Notes: generated by a model not told the origin, from the letters alone. Shown: positions 9,314 through 18,656, counted from the stretch's first letter. The stretch is DNA of 64,000 nucleotides from Chloroflexota bacterium (GCA_045863195.1 BTUI01000010.1:15851-79850); one strand, 5' to 3'. Translations and numbers: made by a program.

Positions 9314-10108
9314 TCAGACGAGGTCGACGAGTACGCCGAAGTGGTCGCTCGGCAGCAGACCGTCGACCGGCGTGTCCAGCACGACCCGGGCGACGCTCGG
9401 CGTTAGCGCCGCTCGCTCGCCGGTAGCCGCCAGCAGATAGACGTAGTCGAGCCGCGCCTCGACGACCTCGTCGCCCGCGAGGTGCCGGATCGTGGCGGAA
9501 CGGGCGGGATCGCCTGCCGCCTCGAACGCATCGAGGGCGTGCCAGCCAGCCGCGCCTGAGCGCAGCATGGTGTGGACGGTGTGTCCCGCACGCGCGTTGA
9601 GGTCGCCGGCGAGCACCCGTGCCGCCGCGTCGCCGTGCCACCACGGGTCAGCGAGCACCTCCACCGCCTGCGCGACGCGGAGATCGTCGCGGTGACGCAG
9701 GTGGGTGAGGTGCGTGTTCGCGATGCGCACGAGGCCGCGGGGGCCCTCGACCGCGACGAGCAGCGCCGCGCGGTCGCCGTCATCGGGGTCGTCGGGGAGC
9801 GCTCTCGCGGTGACCTCCACGACCGGCCAGCGCGAGAGCGTCGCGAGGCCGGACCACGAGTCCACGGTGCCGCCATCGACCAGGCGCGGCTTTCGTCGCA
9901 CGGCGTGGAACGCCACGGACATGCCGAGCGCCTCCGCGAGCCGCCGGCGCGTCGACCGCGATCCGTCGGTCGCCTCCAGCACCTCCTGGGCGACGACGAT
10001 GTCCGGCTCCAGCGCGACGAGGCCGTCCGCGAGCACCTCCAGGCGCGCGGCGTAGTCGCCGTCGCCCTTGCCGGTGTTGATCGTGACGATGCGCAGGCGT
10101 TGGCTCAC
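9314..10108 (-). CDS. Endonuclease/exonuclease/phosphatase (EEP) family protein
   Basis: IVTIN, DIVVAQEV, NTHL, AGDLN, RLDYV, SDHFGV. GTGA overlap with the upstream gene. Confidence 0.85.
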   Translation of the reverse strand: MSQRLRIVTINTGKGDGDYAARLEVLADGLVALEPDIVVAQEVLEATDGSRSTRRRLAEALGMSVAFHAVRRKPRLVDGGTVDSWSGLATLSRWPVVEVTARALPDDPDDGDRAALLVAVEGPRGLVRIANTHLTHLRHRDDLRVAQAVEVLADPWWHGDAAARVLAGDLNARAGHTVHTMLRSGAAGWHALDAFEAAGDPARSATIRHLAGDEVVEARLDYVYLLAATGERAALTPSVARVVLDTPVDGLLPSDHFGVLVDLV

Positions 10109-10752
10109 GCGTACTTGCGGACGAACGCCTCGGCGTCCCCGGCAAGGTCGTCGAACCGCGCCTCGAGCGTCTCGCGGTCCCACTCCCACCAGGCGATCCG
10201 CTGCATCGCCTCGGCGATCTCTCGCGGCAGGCGTTCGCGGATCGGATGGGCCGGGACGCCGCCGACGATGGTGTACGGCGCGACGTCCTTCGAGACGACG
10301 GCGCCGGCCGCGATGACCGCGCCGTCGCCGATGGTCACGCCGGGCAGCACGATCGAGCCGTGGCCGACCCAGACGTCGTTCCCGATGACCACGCGGTCGC
10401 CCCGTCGCCACTGGAAGAAGTCGGCATCATCGGCCTCGCCGAACCCGTAGGCGACGCGGCGATACGTCATGTGGTGCTGCGTGGTGCGCCACATGGGGTG
10501 GTTGCCGGGGTTGATGCGGGTGTGCGAAGCGATCGAACAGAACTTGCCGATCTGGCTGTAGATCACGCTGCACTGGTCGACCAGGTAGGTGTAGTCACCG
10601 ATCGTCGACTCCGAGATCGTCGTCATCGCGCCGATGTCGCAGTACGGGCCGAGCGTGGAGAGGGTGACGCGCGCCTCCGGGTGGATGCGCGGCTCCGGCC
10701 CGAGGACCTTGCGAGCGGTGGTCGCGGCCGGCGGCGGCGTGTCGATGGTCAT
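10105..10752 (-). CDS. Hexapeptide-repeat acetyltransferase (phosphonate-cluster-associated, CatB-like)
   Basis: IGKFCSIA, INPGNHP, IGNDVWVGHG, GAVIAAGAVVSKDV, IAWWEW. Confidence 0.88.
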   Translation of the reverse strand: MTIDTPPPAATTARKVLGPEPRIHPEARVTLSTLGPYCDIGAMTTISESTIGDYTYLVDQCSVIYSQIGKFCSIASHTRINPGNHPMWRTTQHHMTYRRVAYGFGEADDADFFQWRRGDRVVIGNDVWVGHGSIVLPGVTIGDGAVIAAGAVVSKDVAPYTIVGGVPAHPIRERLPREIAEAMQRIAWWEWDRETLEARFDDLAGDAEAFVRKYA

Positions 10753-10777
10753 CGCGGGGTGCTCCTCGTTCCAGGGA

Positions 10778-11026
10778 CTAATGCGGCTGGGTGCCGGCGC
10801 CGTGCCGGTGTGGCTCCGTGCCGGGCCCGTGGTCGTGCCAGAAGGAGCCGAACGGCACGGCGGTGGCTCGGCGGCTCTCGTCGGCGGGGGTCACGCCGTA
10901 CACGCGGCGCGCGGGCAAGCCGTCCACCGGGCAGGCGACGGGGCGTGCGAGATCCTCCGCGGCGCGGTCGACATCGAACTCCGCGCCGCACGCGCTACAG
11001 GCGAACGGGTAGAGCGGCACCGGCAC
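10778..11026 (-). CDS. FmdB-like zinc-ribbon protein with His-rich tail
   Basis: PLYPFACSACG..CPVDG..RRVY, tail HDHGPGTEPHRH. GGAGG RBS upstream; start may be 11020. Confidence 0.7.
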   Translation of the reverse strand: MPVPLYPFACSACGAEFDVDRAAEDLARPVACPVDGLPARRVYGVTPADESRRATAVPFGSFWHDHGPGTEPHRHGAGTQPH

Positions 11027-11160
11027 CTCCAGGTGGTCTGACCCTACGCGGGCGCTGTTTCGGCCGTGTTGTGGCGCTGCACGCTAGTCGTGCCAGCCCA
11101 GTCCCGCCGGTAACGGGACGAAGGGCCCTCCCTCCCCCCGGGACCCCGTGATGAACTCTC

Positions 11161-11190
11161 AAACAACATGTAGTGACATACTAATCGTTT
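11161..11190 (+). promoter_or_regulatory. AT-rich promoter/operator candidate upstream of the nos operon
   Basis: AAACAACATGTAGTGACATACTAATCGTTT, an AT island with imperfect dyads (ATGT-N4-ACAT, TAGT-N5-ACTA). Confidence 0.35.
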
Positions 11191-11253
11191 GCGGCGCGCT
11201 CATATTTGGGAACGGTAATGCTGGCGGGTGCCGGCAGGGGGAGGACAGGACGG

Positions 11254-11673
11254 ATGGACGTGAAGCGGCTGGTGATGCGCGGCGTGCTGGTTACCGCAGT
11301 CGCCCTCGGCGGGTTCACCGCCGTGGCGTGTGGCGGCGGTGAGGACGAGGGCGACGCGGCGGCGGCGACGACCGAGGCGGCGGTGACGGCGACGGCGGAG
11401 GAGCACGAGGATGACTCGGACGACCTCATCAAGGGCCTGGCGCCGAAGGACTTCTACAACGCGAACTGCGCGACCTGCCACGGGCCGAACCGCGAGGGCG
11501 GTGTGGGGCTGCCGCTGACGCCGCAGTCGCTGACGAACACGGACGAGTTCTACGCGGACACGATCAAGAACGGCCGGGCCGGCACGGGCATGACCATGAT
11601 GGGCACCATCCTCGGCATGTCCGACGAGGAGATCGCCACGCTCGTGGAGTTCCTGAAGACGGACCAGCCCTGA
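11254..11673 (+). CDS. Lipid-anchored monoheme c-type cytochrome
   Basis: Lipobox AVAC, acidic linker, CATCH, distal Met (GTGMTMM). First gene of the nos operon. Confidence 0.85.
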   Translation: MDVKRLVMRGVLVTAVALGGFTAVACGGGEDEGDAAAATTEAAVTATAEEHEDDSDDLIKGLAPKDFYNANCATCHGPNREGGVGLPLTPQSLTNTDEFYADTIKNGRAGTGMTMMGTILGMSDEEIATLVEFLKTDQP

Positions 11674-11776
11674 TCACGAACACCCCTCATCACACAAACG
11701 AACAGGGCCGCGGGTTTGCCTGCCCTGCGTCACAGCAGAGACACCGCGGGGCAGCGAGAGAGGCTTGGGAACGTAC

Positions 11777-13831
11777 ATGGCATTGACCAGGCGTGAGTTC
11801 ATCAGCGGCACAGCCGCGGGTGCAGCGGGCCTCGTCGTCGGAGGCGTGGTCGGAAAGGTGGTCGGCGGCGGCGGCGACGATTCGGCCGCGACCACGGGCG
11901 GGACGGTGACGAACGTCTCGTCCGACATCACCGCGATCGCGGAGGCGCGAGGCCTGGAGCCCGGGGACATCGCGAAGGCCGTCAAGACGTTCGTGCCGGG
12001 CGGCAAGCCGAACCTGGACGAGTTTTACGTGTTCTCGTCCGGCGGCCACTCCGGCCAGTTGATGGTCATGGGCGTCCCGTCCATGCGCATCCTGAAGATC
12101 ATCGGCGTGTTCACGCCGGAGTCCTGGCAGGGTTGGGGCTATGGCTCCGAGTCGGACGCGATCTTCAAGGGTGGCACCACGAGCGATGGCGGCGCGGTGT
12201 CGCCCTCGCGGCCCACGCTCACGTGGGCGGACACGCACCACCCGGCGCTGAGCGAGACGAACGGCGAGTACGACGGCCGCTGGGTGTACATCCAGGACCG
12301 CGCCAACGGCCGCATCGCCATGGTCGACCTGCGCGACTTCAAGACGAAGCAGATCTACGACGTCCCGAACCTGCAGTCCTCGCACGGTGGTTGTTTCGTG
12401 ACGCCGAACAGCGAGTACGTACACATCTCCACGAAGACGCCCACGCTCCGGCCGGGCGTTGACCCGACCACGGCGCTGGAGAACTTCGCGGATTCCTTCC
12501 GTGGCTACTCCACGTTCCTCGCGCTCAACCCGCAGACCGGCCGGTTCGACATCGACCGCTCCTTCCAGGTCGAGCTGCCGCCGTACACGCAGGACCTGGC
12601 GGACGCCGGGAAGCTTCTGAGCAACGGCTGGGTCTTCATCGGCTCGTACAACACGGAGATGGCGTACGGCGGCAATCTGGAGGGCAACCCGCCCATCGAG
12701 GTGGGCGCCTCCAAGGCCGACTTCGACTACCTCCACATGGTGAACTGGAAGAAGGCGGAGCAGGTCGTCGGTTCCCGCTCCGTGATGCAGAACGGCATCC
12801 GCGTGATCCCGCTGGATGTCGCGGTGGAGGAGGGCATCCTCTACCTGGCCCCGGAGCCGCGGAGCCCGCACGGCGCGGACGTGAGCCCCAGCGGGCGCTA
12901 CATCGTCGTCGGCGGCAAGCTAGACCCGCACGTCACCATCTACGACATCGAGATGATCGAGAAGGCGATCGCCGCGGAGGACTTCGAGTCACGCGACCAG
13001 TTCGGCGTGCCGATCCTGCGGTTCGACTCCGTGGTCTCCGGCCGCGTGGAGGTGGGCGCCGGCCCGCTGCACACGCAGTTCGACGACAAGGGCTACGGGT
13101 ACACGTCGCTGTTCCTGGAGAGCGCCGTCGCTAAGTACTCGCTCGGTGCGCCGGACTTCAGCCCGGAGGAGTCGTACAAGCTCGTCGACAAGGTGCCGGT
13201 CCACTACAACATCGGCCACCTGGTGGCGATGGAGGGCGACACGGTCAAACCGGCCGGCAAGTACGTCATCGCGCTGAACAAGTGGTCGATCGACCGGTAC
13301 GCGGGCATCGGCACGCTGAACCCGCAGAACTTCCAGCTGGTCGACCTGACCGGCGAGAAGATGGAAGTGCTGTCCGACACGCCGATCGGCATGGCGGAGC
13401 CGCACTACGTGCAGGCGATCCGTGCCGACCGCATCAAGTCCTGGGACGTCTACCCGCCGGGCACGGACCAGATCACGATGGAGCCGAGCACCCACGCCAT
13501 TGCGGCTGGCGGTGAGCGCATCGAGCGCAACGGCGACACCGTTGAGGTGTACATGAGCGTCCAGCGCTCCAACTTCAAGCCGGACATCATCCGGGTGAAG
13601 AAGGGCGAACGCATCGTGCTGCACCTCACGAACGTCGAGGTGACGCCGGACGCGACGCACGGCTTCGCGGTGCCTCGCTACAACATCAGCATGAGCATCG
13701 ACCCCGGCGAGTACGCCCGGATCGAGTTCGTCGCAGACGTTGAGGGCGCGTTCGCCATGTACTGCACCGAGTTCTGCTCCGCGCTCCACCTGGAGATGCA
13801 GGGCTGGATCATCGTCTCGCCGGAGGCGTAG
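11777..13831 (+). CDS. nosZ: Nitrous-oxide reductase, clade II-type, Tat signal
   Basis: TRREFI Tat motif. Seven CuZ His (DTHH, SHG, SPHG, PLHT, IGHL, EPHY). CuA HGF..CTEFCSALHLEM. Confidence 0.97.
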   Translation: MALTRREFISGTAAGAAGLVVGGVVGKVVGGGGDDSAATTGGTVTNVSSDITAIAEARGLEPGDIAKAVKTFVPGGKPNLDEFYVFSSGGHSGQLMVMGVPSMRILKIIGVFTPESWQGWGYGSESDAIFKGGTTSDGGAVSPSRPTLTWADTHHPALSETNGEYDGRWVYIQDRANGRIAMVDLRDFKTKQIYDVPNLQSSHGGCFVTPNSEYVHISTKTPTLRPGVDPTTALENFADSFRGYSTFLALNPQTGRFDIDRSFQVELPPYTQDLADAGKLLSNGWVFIGSYNTEMAYGGNLEGNPPIEVGASKADFDYLHMVNWKKAEQVVGSRSVMQNGIRVIPLDVAVEEGILYLAPEPRSPHGADVSPSGRYIVVGGKLDPHVTIYDIEMIEKAIAAEDFESRDQFGVPILRFDSVVSGRVEVGAGPLHTQFDDKGYGYTSLFLESAVAKYSLGAPDFSPEESYKLVDKVPVHYNIGHLVAMEGDTVKPAGKYVIALNKWSIDRYAGIGTLNPQNFQLVDLTGEKMEVLSDTPIGMAEPHYVQAIRADRIKSWDVYPPGTDQITMEPSTHAIAAGGERIERNGDTVEVYMSVQRSNFKPDIIRVKKGERIVLHLTNVEVTPDATHGFAVPRYNISMSIDPGEYARIEFVADVEGAFAMYCTEFCSALHLEMQGWIIVSPEA

Positions 13832-13840
13832 GGCGCGCGC

Positions 13841-13874
13841 GGCCGGGGCGGGCAACCGGATGCCCGCCCCGGCC
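13841..13874 (+). terminator. Strong hairpin after nosZ (stabiliser or attenuator)
   Basis: GGCCGGGGCGGGCA-N6-TGCCCGCCCCGGCC, perfect 14-bp stem, no U-tract. Confidence 0.6.
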
Positions 13875-13884
13875 ACCGCGCCGG

Positions 13885-14373
13885 ATGGAGGCAGCGACGA
13901 TGCTGTCCCGCAGAAGGTTCCTGGTCTTCCTCGGATCCGTGGGCGCCGCGGGCGTGGCCGGTGTGACGATCGGCTGCGGCGGGGGCGAGGCGGACGCCAT
14001 GCCGGAGATCCGCTACGGCGAAGAGCCGTGCCGGCACTGCGGGATGATCATCGATGACCCCCGCTTCGCTGCCGCCCGGATGGACCACGGCGAGCGCCAC
14101 TTCGACGACATCGGCTGCCTGGTCGAGAACCTCGTCGAAGAGCCGGCGGTCGAGGGCGTGGCGACCTGGGTACACGACTTCAACACCGAGGCGTGGGTGG
14201 CGGGATGCGATGCCACCTACGTCCATTCGACCGCCGTGAAGACACCGATGGCGTACGGCGTCATCGCATTTGCCCGACGCGAGGACGCGAACGCCGCGTC
14301 CATCTCGCTGCCGGGGGACATCATCGCGTGGGACGCGCTCGCCGCGACCTGCGTGGCAGGGAGTGCGTCGTGA
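13885..14373 (+). CDS. nosL: Copper chaperone lipoprotein NosL
   Basis: SRRRFL Tat motif, lipobox IGC, CRHCGMII, FDDIGC, TPMAYG. Start may be 13900. Confidence 0.92.
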   Translation: MEAATMLSRRRFLVFLGSVGAAGVAGVTIGCGGGEADAMPEIRYGEEPCRHCGMIIDDPRFAAARMDHGERHFDDIGCLVENLVEEPAVEGVATWVHDFNTEAWVAGCDATYVHSTAVKTPMAYGVIAFARREDANAASISLPGDIIAWDALAATCVAGSAS

Positions 14374-16421
14374 CCGCAGGAGTGAAGCAGGGCGAGGTGG
14401 CGCGGGCGTCCGAGACGGCCCGCCCGCGCATTGATGTGCTGTGGTTCGGGGCGTCCCTGGTGTCCGCGGTGCTGATCGTGGTGGCGGCGTTCCAGCCGCT
14501 GTGGAAGCTGACGCTGAACGCCCCCCAGTACCCGAACGGCGTGCGCCTGACGGCGTATGGATCCCGCATGGAGGGCGACCTCCAGGAGATCAACGCGCTC
14601 AACCACTACGTCGGTATTCCCAAGATCGATCCCGCGAGCATCGTCGAACTCCGCCTCTTCCCGTTCGTCATCGGCGGACTCGTGCTGCTGTTGGTGCTCG
14701 GCGCGGTCTTCGCGCGGCACCGCTGGCAGCGGGCGCTGATCGCGGTCGCCGCGTGGGGGCTGCCGCTCGGATTCCTCGCGGACCTGCAGTGGTGGCTCTA
14801 CCGCTATGGCCACGACCTGCACGAGGACGCGCCGATCCGCCTCGAGCCGTTCACGCCGAGGGTGCTCGGTGCGACTAAGATCGTGAACTTCGACAGCGAT
14901 GCGGCCGTGACCGCCGGGTTCTGGATGCTCATCGCGGCGGCGCTGCTGGTGACGGCCGCACCCTGGACGATCCGCTTCGTCCGCGACTCCTGGAACAACA
15001 CCGGTGACGCGTCCGGCCGCACCGCCTCTTCAGCCCGGGTCGCCGTGCTCGCGATTTCCCTCCTCGCGGGTGCGGCGGCCCTGTCTCCTCAGGCGGCGCA
15101 GGCGCAGGACGCCCCGCCCGCTTCGATCGCCGCCGCGATCGCTGCCGCGCCGGCCGGGGGCACCGTGGTGATCCCCGCTGGCACGTACCAAGGTGCGCTC
15201 GTCATCGACCGCCCGGTCGTCCTCGTCGGCGAGGGGCGGCCGGTCATCGACGGCGGCGGTGAGGGCGACGTGGTGCGCATCACGGCGGCGGGCGTGACGC
15301 TGCGCGGCTTCGAGGTCCGCCACTCGGCGCGCATCGTGACCGGTGAACCCGCAGGCATCCGCGTCCAGGCGGACCGCGCCACGCTGGAGGACAACCGGCT
15401 TGTGGACGTCCTCTACGGCATCGTGCTCGACGAGAGCGACGGGCACGTAGTCCGTGGCAACCACGTGAGCAGCGTCCTCGAGCTGCCGGCAGAGCGGCGC
15501 GGGCACGCGATCTACGCGTGGTACAGCGCGGGCAACCTGATCGAGGACAACACGGTCACGCTCGCGAAGGACGGCATCTTTCTCGGCTTCGCCACGGACA
15601 CCGTGGTGCAGCGGAACCGGGTGACCGACCTCCGCTACGGCCTCCACACGATGTACGCATACGGCCTGGTGCTGCGCGACAACTCGTTTACGGACAACGT
15701 GGCGGGCGCGAGCCTCATGTACTCGCGGGACGTCCTCGTGGAGGGCAACGAGTTCTCCGGCAACCGGTCGCCGGCCTCCGGCTACGGGATCCTGTTCAAG
15801 GACATGGACGACGTGTCCATCATCAACAACCGCATCCACCACAATCGCCTCGGCCTCACCGTGGACGGGGCCCCCGCGACCCCCGGCGCGTTCGTGACGC
15901 TGGAGCGGAACCTGATCGCGTTCAACACGATCGCCCTCCAGCTCTTCACCACCACCGACATGACCTTCGTCGAGAACTCCTTCATCGGAAACGTGCAGCA
16001 GGTGGAGAGCCTGGGCGGCAGCCTGGAGACGCACAACCGCTGGTCGCTGGACGGCCGCGGCAACTACTGGGACGACTACGAGGGGTACGACGCGAACGGC
16101 GACGGCGTGGGCGACCTGCCGTACCGCTACGAGGGCGTGTTCGATGACCTGACGAGCCGCAGCGAGGCCGTGCGCGCGTACGCCTTCACGCCAGCGCGTG
16201 GCGCGCTGGATCTGGCGGCGCGCTGGTTCCCGATCTACCGCCCGACCCCGCGCGTGGTGGACGAGGCGCCCCTGATGACGCCGGTCGTCCGCTTCGCGGG
16301 GGCGCAGCCGGTGGGCCCGTCCGCCGGCGCTGCCGTGGCCAGCCTGGCGCTCATCACCATCGCGGTCGCCGTGTTCGGCTCCGGCGTCTGGACGGTGCGG
16401 GCAAGGTGGCGGACATGCTGA
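14370..16421 (+). CDS. nosD: NosB-like membrane domain fused to NosD beta-helix
   Basis: N-terminal APQYP..EINALNHYVG..YGHDL..API (NosB-like), then RGHAIY, DLRYGLHTMY, GNYWDDY.GYDANGDGVGD (NosD). GTGA coupling to nosL. Confidence 0.88.
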   Translation: MTAGVKQGEVARASETARPRIDVLWFGASLVSAVLIVVAAFQPLWKLTLNAPQYPNGVRLTAYGSRMEGDLQEINALNHYVGIPKIDPASIVELRLFPFVIGGLVLLLVLGAVFARHRWQRALIAVAAWGLPLGFLADLQWWLYRYGHDLHEDAPIRLEPFTPRVLGATKIVNFDSDAAVTAGFWMLIAAALLVTAAPWTIRFVRDSWNNTGDASGRTASSARVAVLAISLLAGAAALSPQAAQAQDAPPASIAAAIAAAPAGGTVVIPAGTYQGALVIDRPVVLVGEGRPVIDGGGEGDVVRITAAGVTLRGFEVRHSARIVTGEPAGIRVQADRATLEDNRLVDVLYGIVLDESDGHVVRGNHVSSVLELPAERRGHAIYAWYSAGNLIEDNTVTLAKDGIFLGFATDTVVQRNRVTDLRYGLHTMYAYGLVLRDNSFTDNVAGASLMYSRDVLVEGNEFSGNRSPASGYGILFKDMDDVSIINNRIHHNRLGLTVDGAPATPGAFVTLERNLIAFNTIALQLFTTTDMTFVENSFIGNVQQVESLGGSLETHNRWSLDGRGNYWDDYEGYDANGDGVGDLPYRYEGVFDDLTSRSEAVRAYAFTPARGALDLAARWFPIYRPTPRVVDEAPLMTPVVRFAGAQPVGPSAGAAVASLALITIAVAVFGSGVWTVRARWRTC

Positions 16422-17308
16422 GCGTCCAGGGCCTCTGCAAGCGCTACGGCTCGACGTCGGTGCTGGACGGCGTCTCCTTCGACCTGGACGCCGGGCGGGT
16501 GCTGGCGATCGTCGGGGCGAACGGTGCCGGCAAGTCCACGCTCCTCAAGAGCATCCTGGGCCTTGTCCGCTTCGACGGGACGGTTCGCCTCGATGGCATC
16601 GACGTCGCGCGTGACGGCCGCAAGGCGCGCCGGCGGATCGGCTACCTGCCGCAGCACCCGGCGTTCCACGGCGACCTGACGGTGCTGGAGACGGTCGCGT
16701 TCTACGCGCGCCTCCGCGGGGTCCCCGCGGCGCAGGCGCCGGCGGCGGTGGAGGCCGTGGGCCTCGTACCGCACGCCGACAAGGAGGTCGACGCGCTCTC
16801 CGGTGGCATGAAGCAGCGGCTCGCGCTGGCGGTCGCGCAACTGGGCGACCCGCCGCTCCTCGTCCTGGACGAGCCGACGGCGGGCCTGGACGTGGCCGCG
16901 CGGCTGGAACTGCGGCGGTTCGTGCAGCAAGAGCAGGAGCGCGGCCGCACGGTGATCCTTTCCACCCACTGGATGGAGGACATCCCGGCGATGGCGGACT
17001 TGGTCCTCGCGTTGGAGGATGGCCACGTGGCCTACTTCGGTGAGGCCGCTGCGTTCGCCGCCGCGTCCGCGCCGCAGAGCCGGATGTTCCTGCGGCTCAA
17101 CGGCCGCACGGAGGAGGCGCTCCCGCTCATCACCTCGCTCACCGGCAACGCCGCGCACGAGGGCGAGTGGGTGGCGGTCACCTGCCTCGCTGCGAGCAAG
17201 GCACAGGTGCTGGCCGCGCTCTTCGGCGCGGGCATCAAGGTGCTGGACTTCCGGGTGGAGGACGCGCCGGGCGTGCTGGCCTCGGCCGGGCGGGGAGGTG
17301 ACTCGTGA
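16406..17308 (+). CDS. nosF: ABC ATPase NosF
   Basis: GANGAGKS, IGYLPQ, LSGGMKQRL, LDEPT. Lies between nosD and nosY; start may be 16415. Confidence 0.88.
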   Translation: MADMLSVQGLCKRYGSTSVLDGVSFDLDAGRVLAIVGANGAGKSTLLKSILGLVRFDGTVRLDGIDVARDGRKARRRIGYLPQHPAFHGDLTVLETVAFYARLRGVPAAQAPAAVEAVGLVPHADKEVDALSGGMKQRLALAVAQLGDPPLLVLDEPTAGLDVAARLELRRFVQQEQERGRTVILSTHWMEDIPAMADLVLALEDGHVAYFGEAAAFAAASAPQSRMFLRLNGRTEEALPLITSLTGNAAHEGEWVAVTCLAASKAQVLAALFGAGIKVLDFRVEDAPGVLASAGRGGDS

Positions 17309-18123
17309 CCGCTGCCACCGCCGTGATGATGAAGGAACTCCGGGACGCGGTGCGCAGCCGCTGGCTGGCGGCGTTCGCGGTCGCCTTCGCCCTCGTGGCG
17401 CTCGCGCTCGCCGGGCTCCAGCAGGATGGCGACATCGGCGCGCAGGGGTTCAACCGGACCACGGCTGGGCTGATCAACCTCGCCCTGCTGTTGGTGCCGA
17501 TGCTGGCGCTGGCGATGGGTGCGGGCGCGGTTGCCGGCGAGCGCGACCGAGGCACCCTGACGACGCTGCTGGCGCAGCCGCTGACGGCGACGGAACTGCT
17601 GCTCTCCAAGTACGCCGGTCTGAGTCTCGCGATCTGGATGACGGTGGTGCTGGGCTTCGGCGCCGCGGGCTTCCTCGTCGCCCTCGTCAGCCCGATCCAG
17701 GACTTCGGCGGCTACCTGCTGTTCATCGTCCTGGCCGGCGGGCTGGCCAGCGCCACGCTGAGCCTTGGCGTCCTCATCTCCGTCGTCTCCGAGGGACGGA
17801 CGAAGGCCGTGGCGATTGCGATGCTGGCGTGGTTTGTCGTCGTGATCTTCTACCAGCTGGTGGCGATCGGGATCGCGCTCACCATCGCGCCGTCCGGTGG
17901 CGCGCTGGTGCTGGCCGCGGTGCTGAACCCGGTCGAGGCGATCCGAATTCTGGCGGTCCTGAGCCTGGAGCCGGACCTTCGTGTGCTCGGTCCGCTCGGT
18001 GCGTATCTGCACACCGAGTTCGGCGTGGGGGGAAGCGCGCTGCTGCTCGGCGGCGCGACCGTGGCGTGGGCGGCGGTGCCGCTGGCGTCTGCGGTCGTGA
18101 TTTTCAGGAGGCAGGACATCTAG
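17305..18123 (+). CDS. nosY: ABC permease NosY
   Basis: KELRDAVRSRW, GFNRT, AGERDRGTL..LLAQP, LNPVEA.R. Confidence 0.88.
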   Translation: MTAATAVMMKELRDAVRSRWLAAFAVAFALVALALAGLQQDGDIGAQGFNRTTAGLINLALLLVPMLALAMGAGAVAGERDRGTLTTLLAQPLTATELLLSKYAGLSLAIWMTVVLGFGAAGFLVALVSPIQDFGGYLLFIVLAGGLASATLSLGVLISVVSEGRTKAVAIAMLAWFVVVIFYQLVAIGIALTIAPSGGALVLAAVLNPVEAIRILAVLSLEPDLRVLGPLGAYLHTEFGVGGSALLLGGATVAWAAVPLASAVVIFRRQDI

Positions 18124-18155
18124 TCGCGTGAGGCGTGGCTGGAAGGAGGCCGTCC

Positions 18156-18560
18156 ATGGACCTCGGTCTGGGACAGGCAGGTAGTCATTCGTTGCGCATC
18201 GTGATCTACCTGGCGCAGCAGTACGGCGGTGGCCGACGGAAGGCGCGCGAGATCGCGGACGCGCTGAGCATCCCGGTGAGCCACCTGCCGGTCGTCCTCG
18301 CGAACCTCGTCCGGCACGGGATCCTCACCGCGACGGCCGGGCCGTACGGCGGCTACACGCTCGCGATGCCCCCCGGCCAGCTGACGCTCCTGCAGGTGAT
18401 CGAGGCGACCGAGGGGATGATCCACGAGCACACCTGCCTCCTCGACGGCTCCGCGGGCGAGCACGAGGACTGCCCGGTGCATCGGGCGTGGGAGTGCGCG
18501 CGAGACTCGCTCGTCTCCACGCTCGACCACACCAGCGTCGCCGATCTCGTCGGTGCCTGA
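18156..18560 (+). CDS. Rrf2-family transcriptional regulator
   Basis: GGAGG RBS. REIADAL, GPYGGYTLA, LTLLQVIEATEG, C-x11-CPVH. Confidence 0.85.
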   Translation: MDLGLGQAGSHSLRIVIYLAQQYGGGRRKAREIADALSIPVSHLPVVLANLVRHGILTATAGPYGGYTLAMPPGQLTLLQVIEATEGMIHEHTCLLDGSAGEHEDCPVHRAWECARDSLVSTLDHTSVADLVGA

Positions 18561-18656
18561 CGGGCGGGCGTGGCCGCCAGGGTGGCCACGCTCCTAGCCG
18601 GGCCGGGTGCTACTGTTCGGCATCCGCTCGCCGCTTGATCCAGCCGAAGGACTCCC

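Noticed and set aside
11147-11163. FNR/CRP-like site GTGATGAACTCTCAA upstream of nos
   Set aside because: Half-site spacing fits neither TTGAT-N4-ATCAA nor TGTGA-N6-TCACA.
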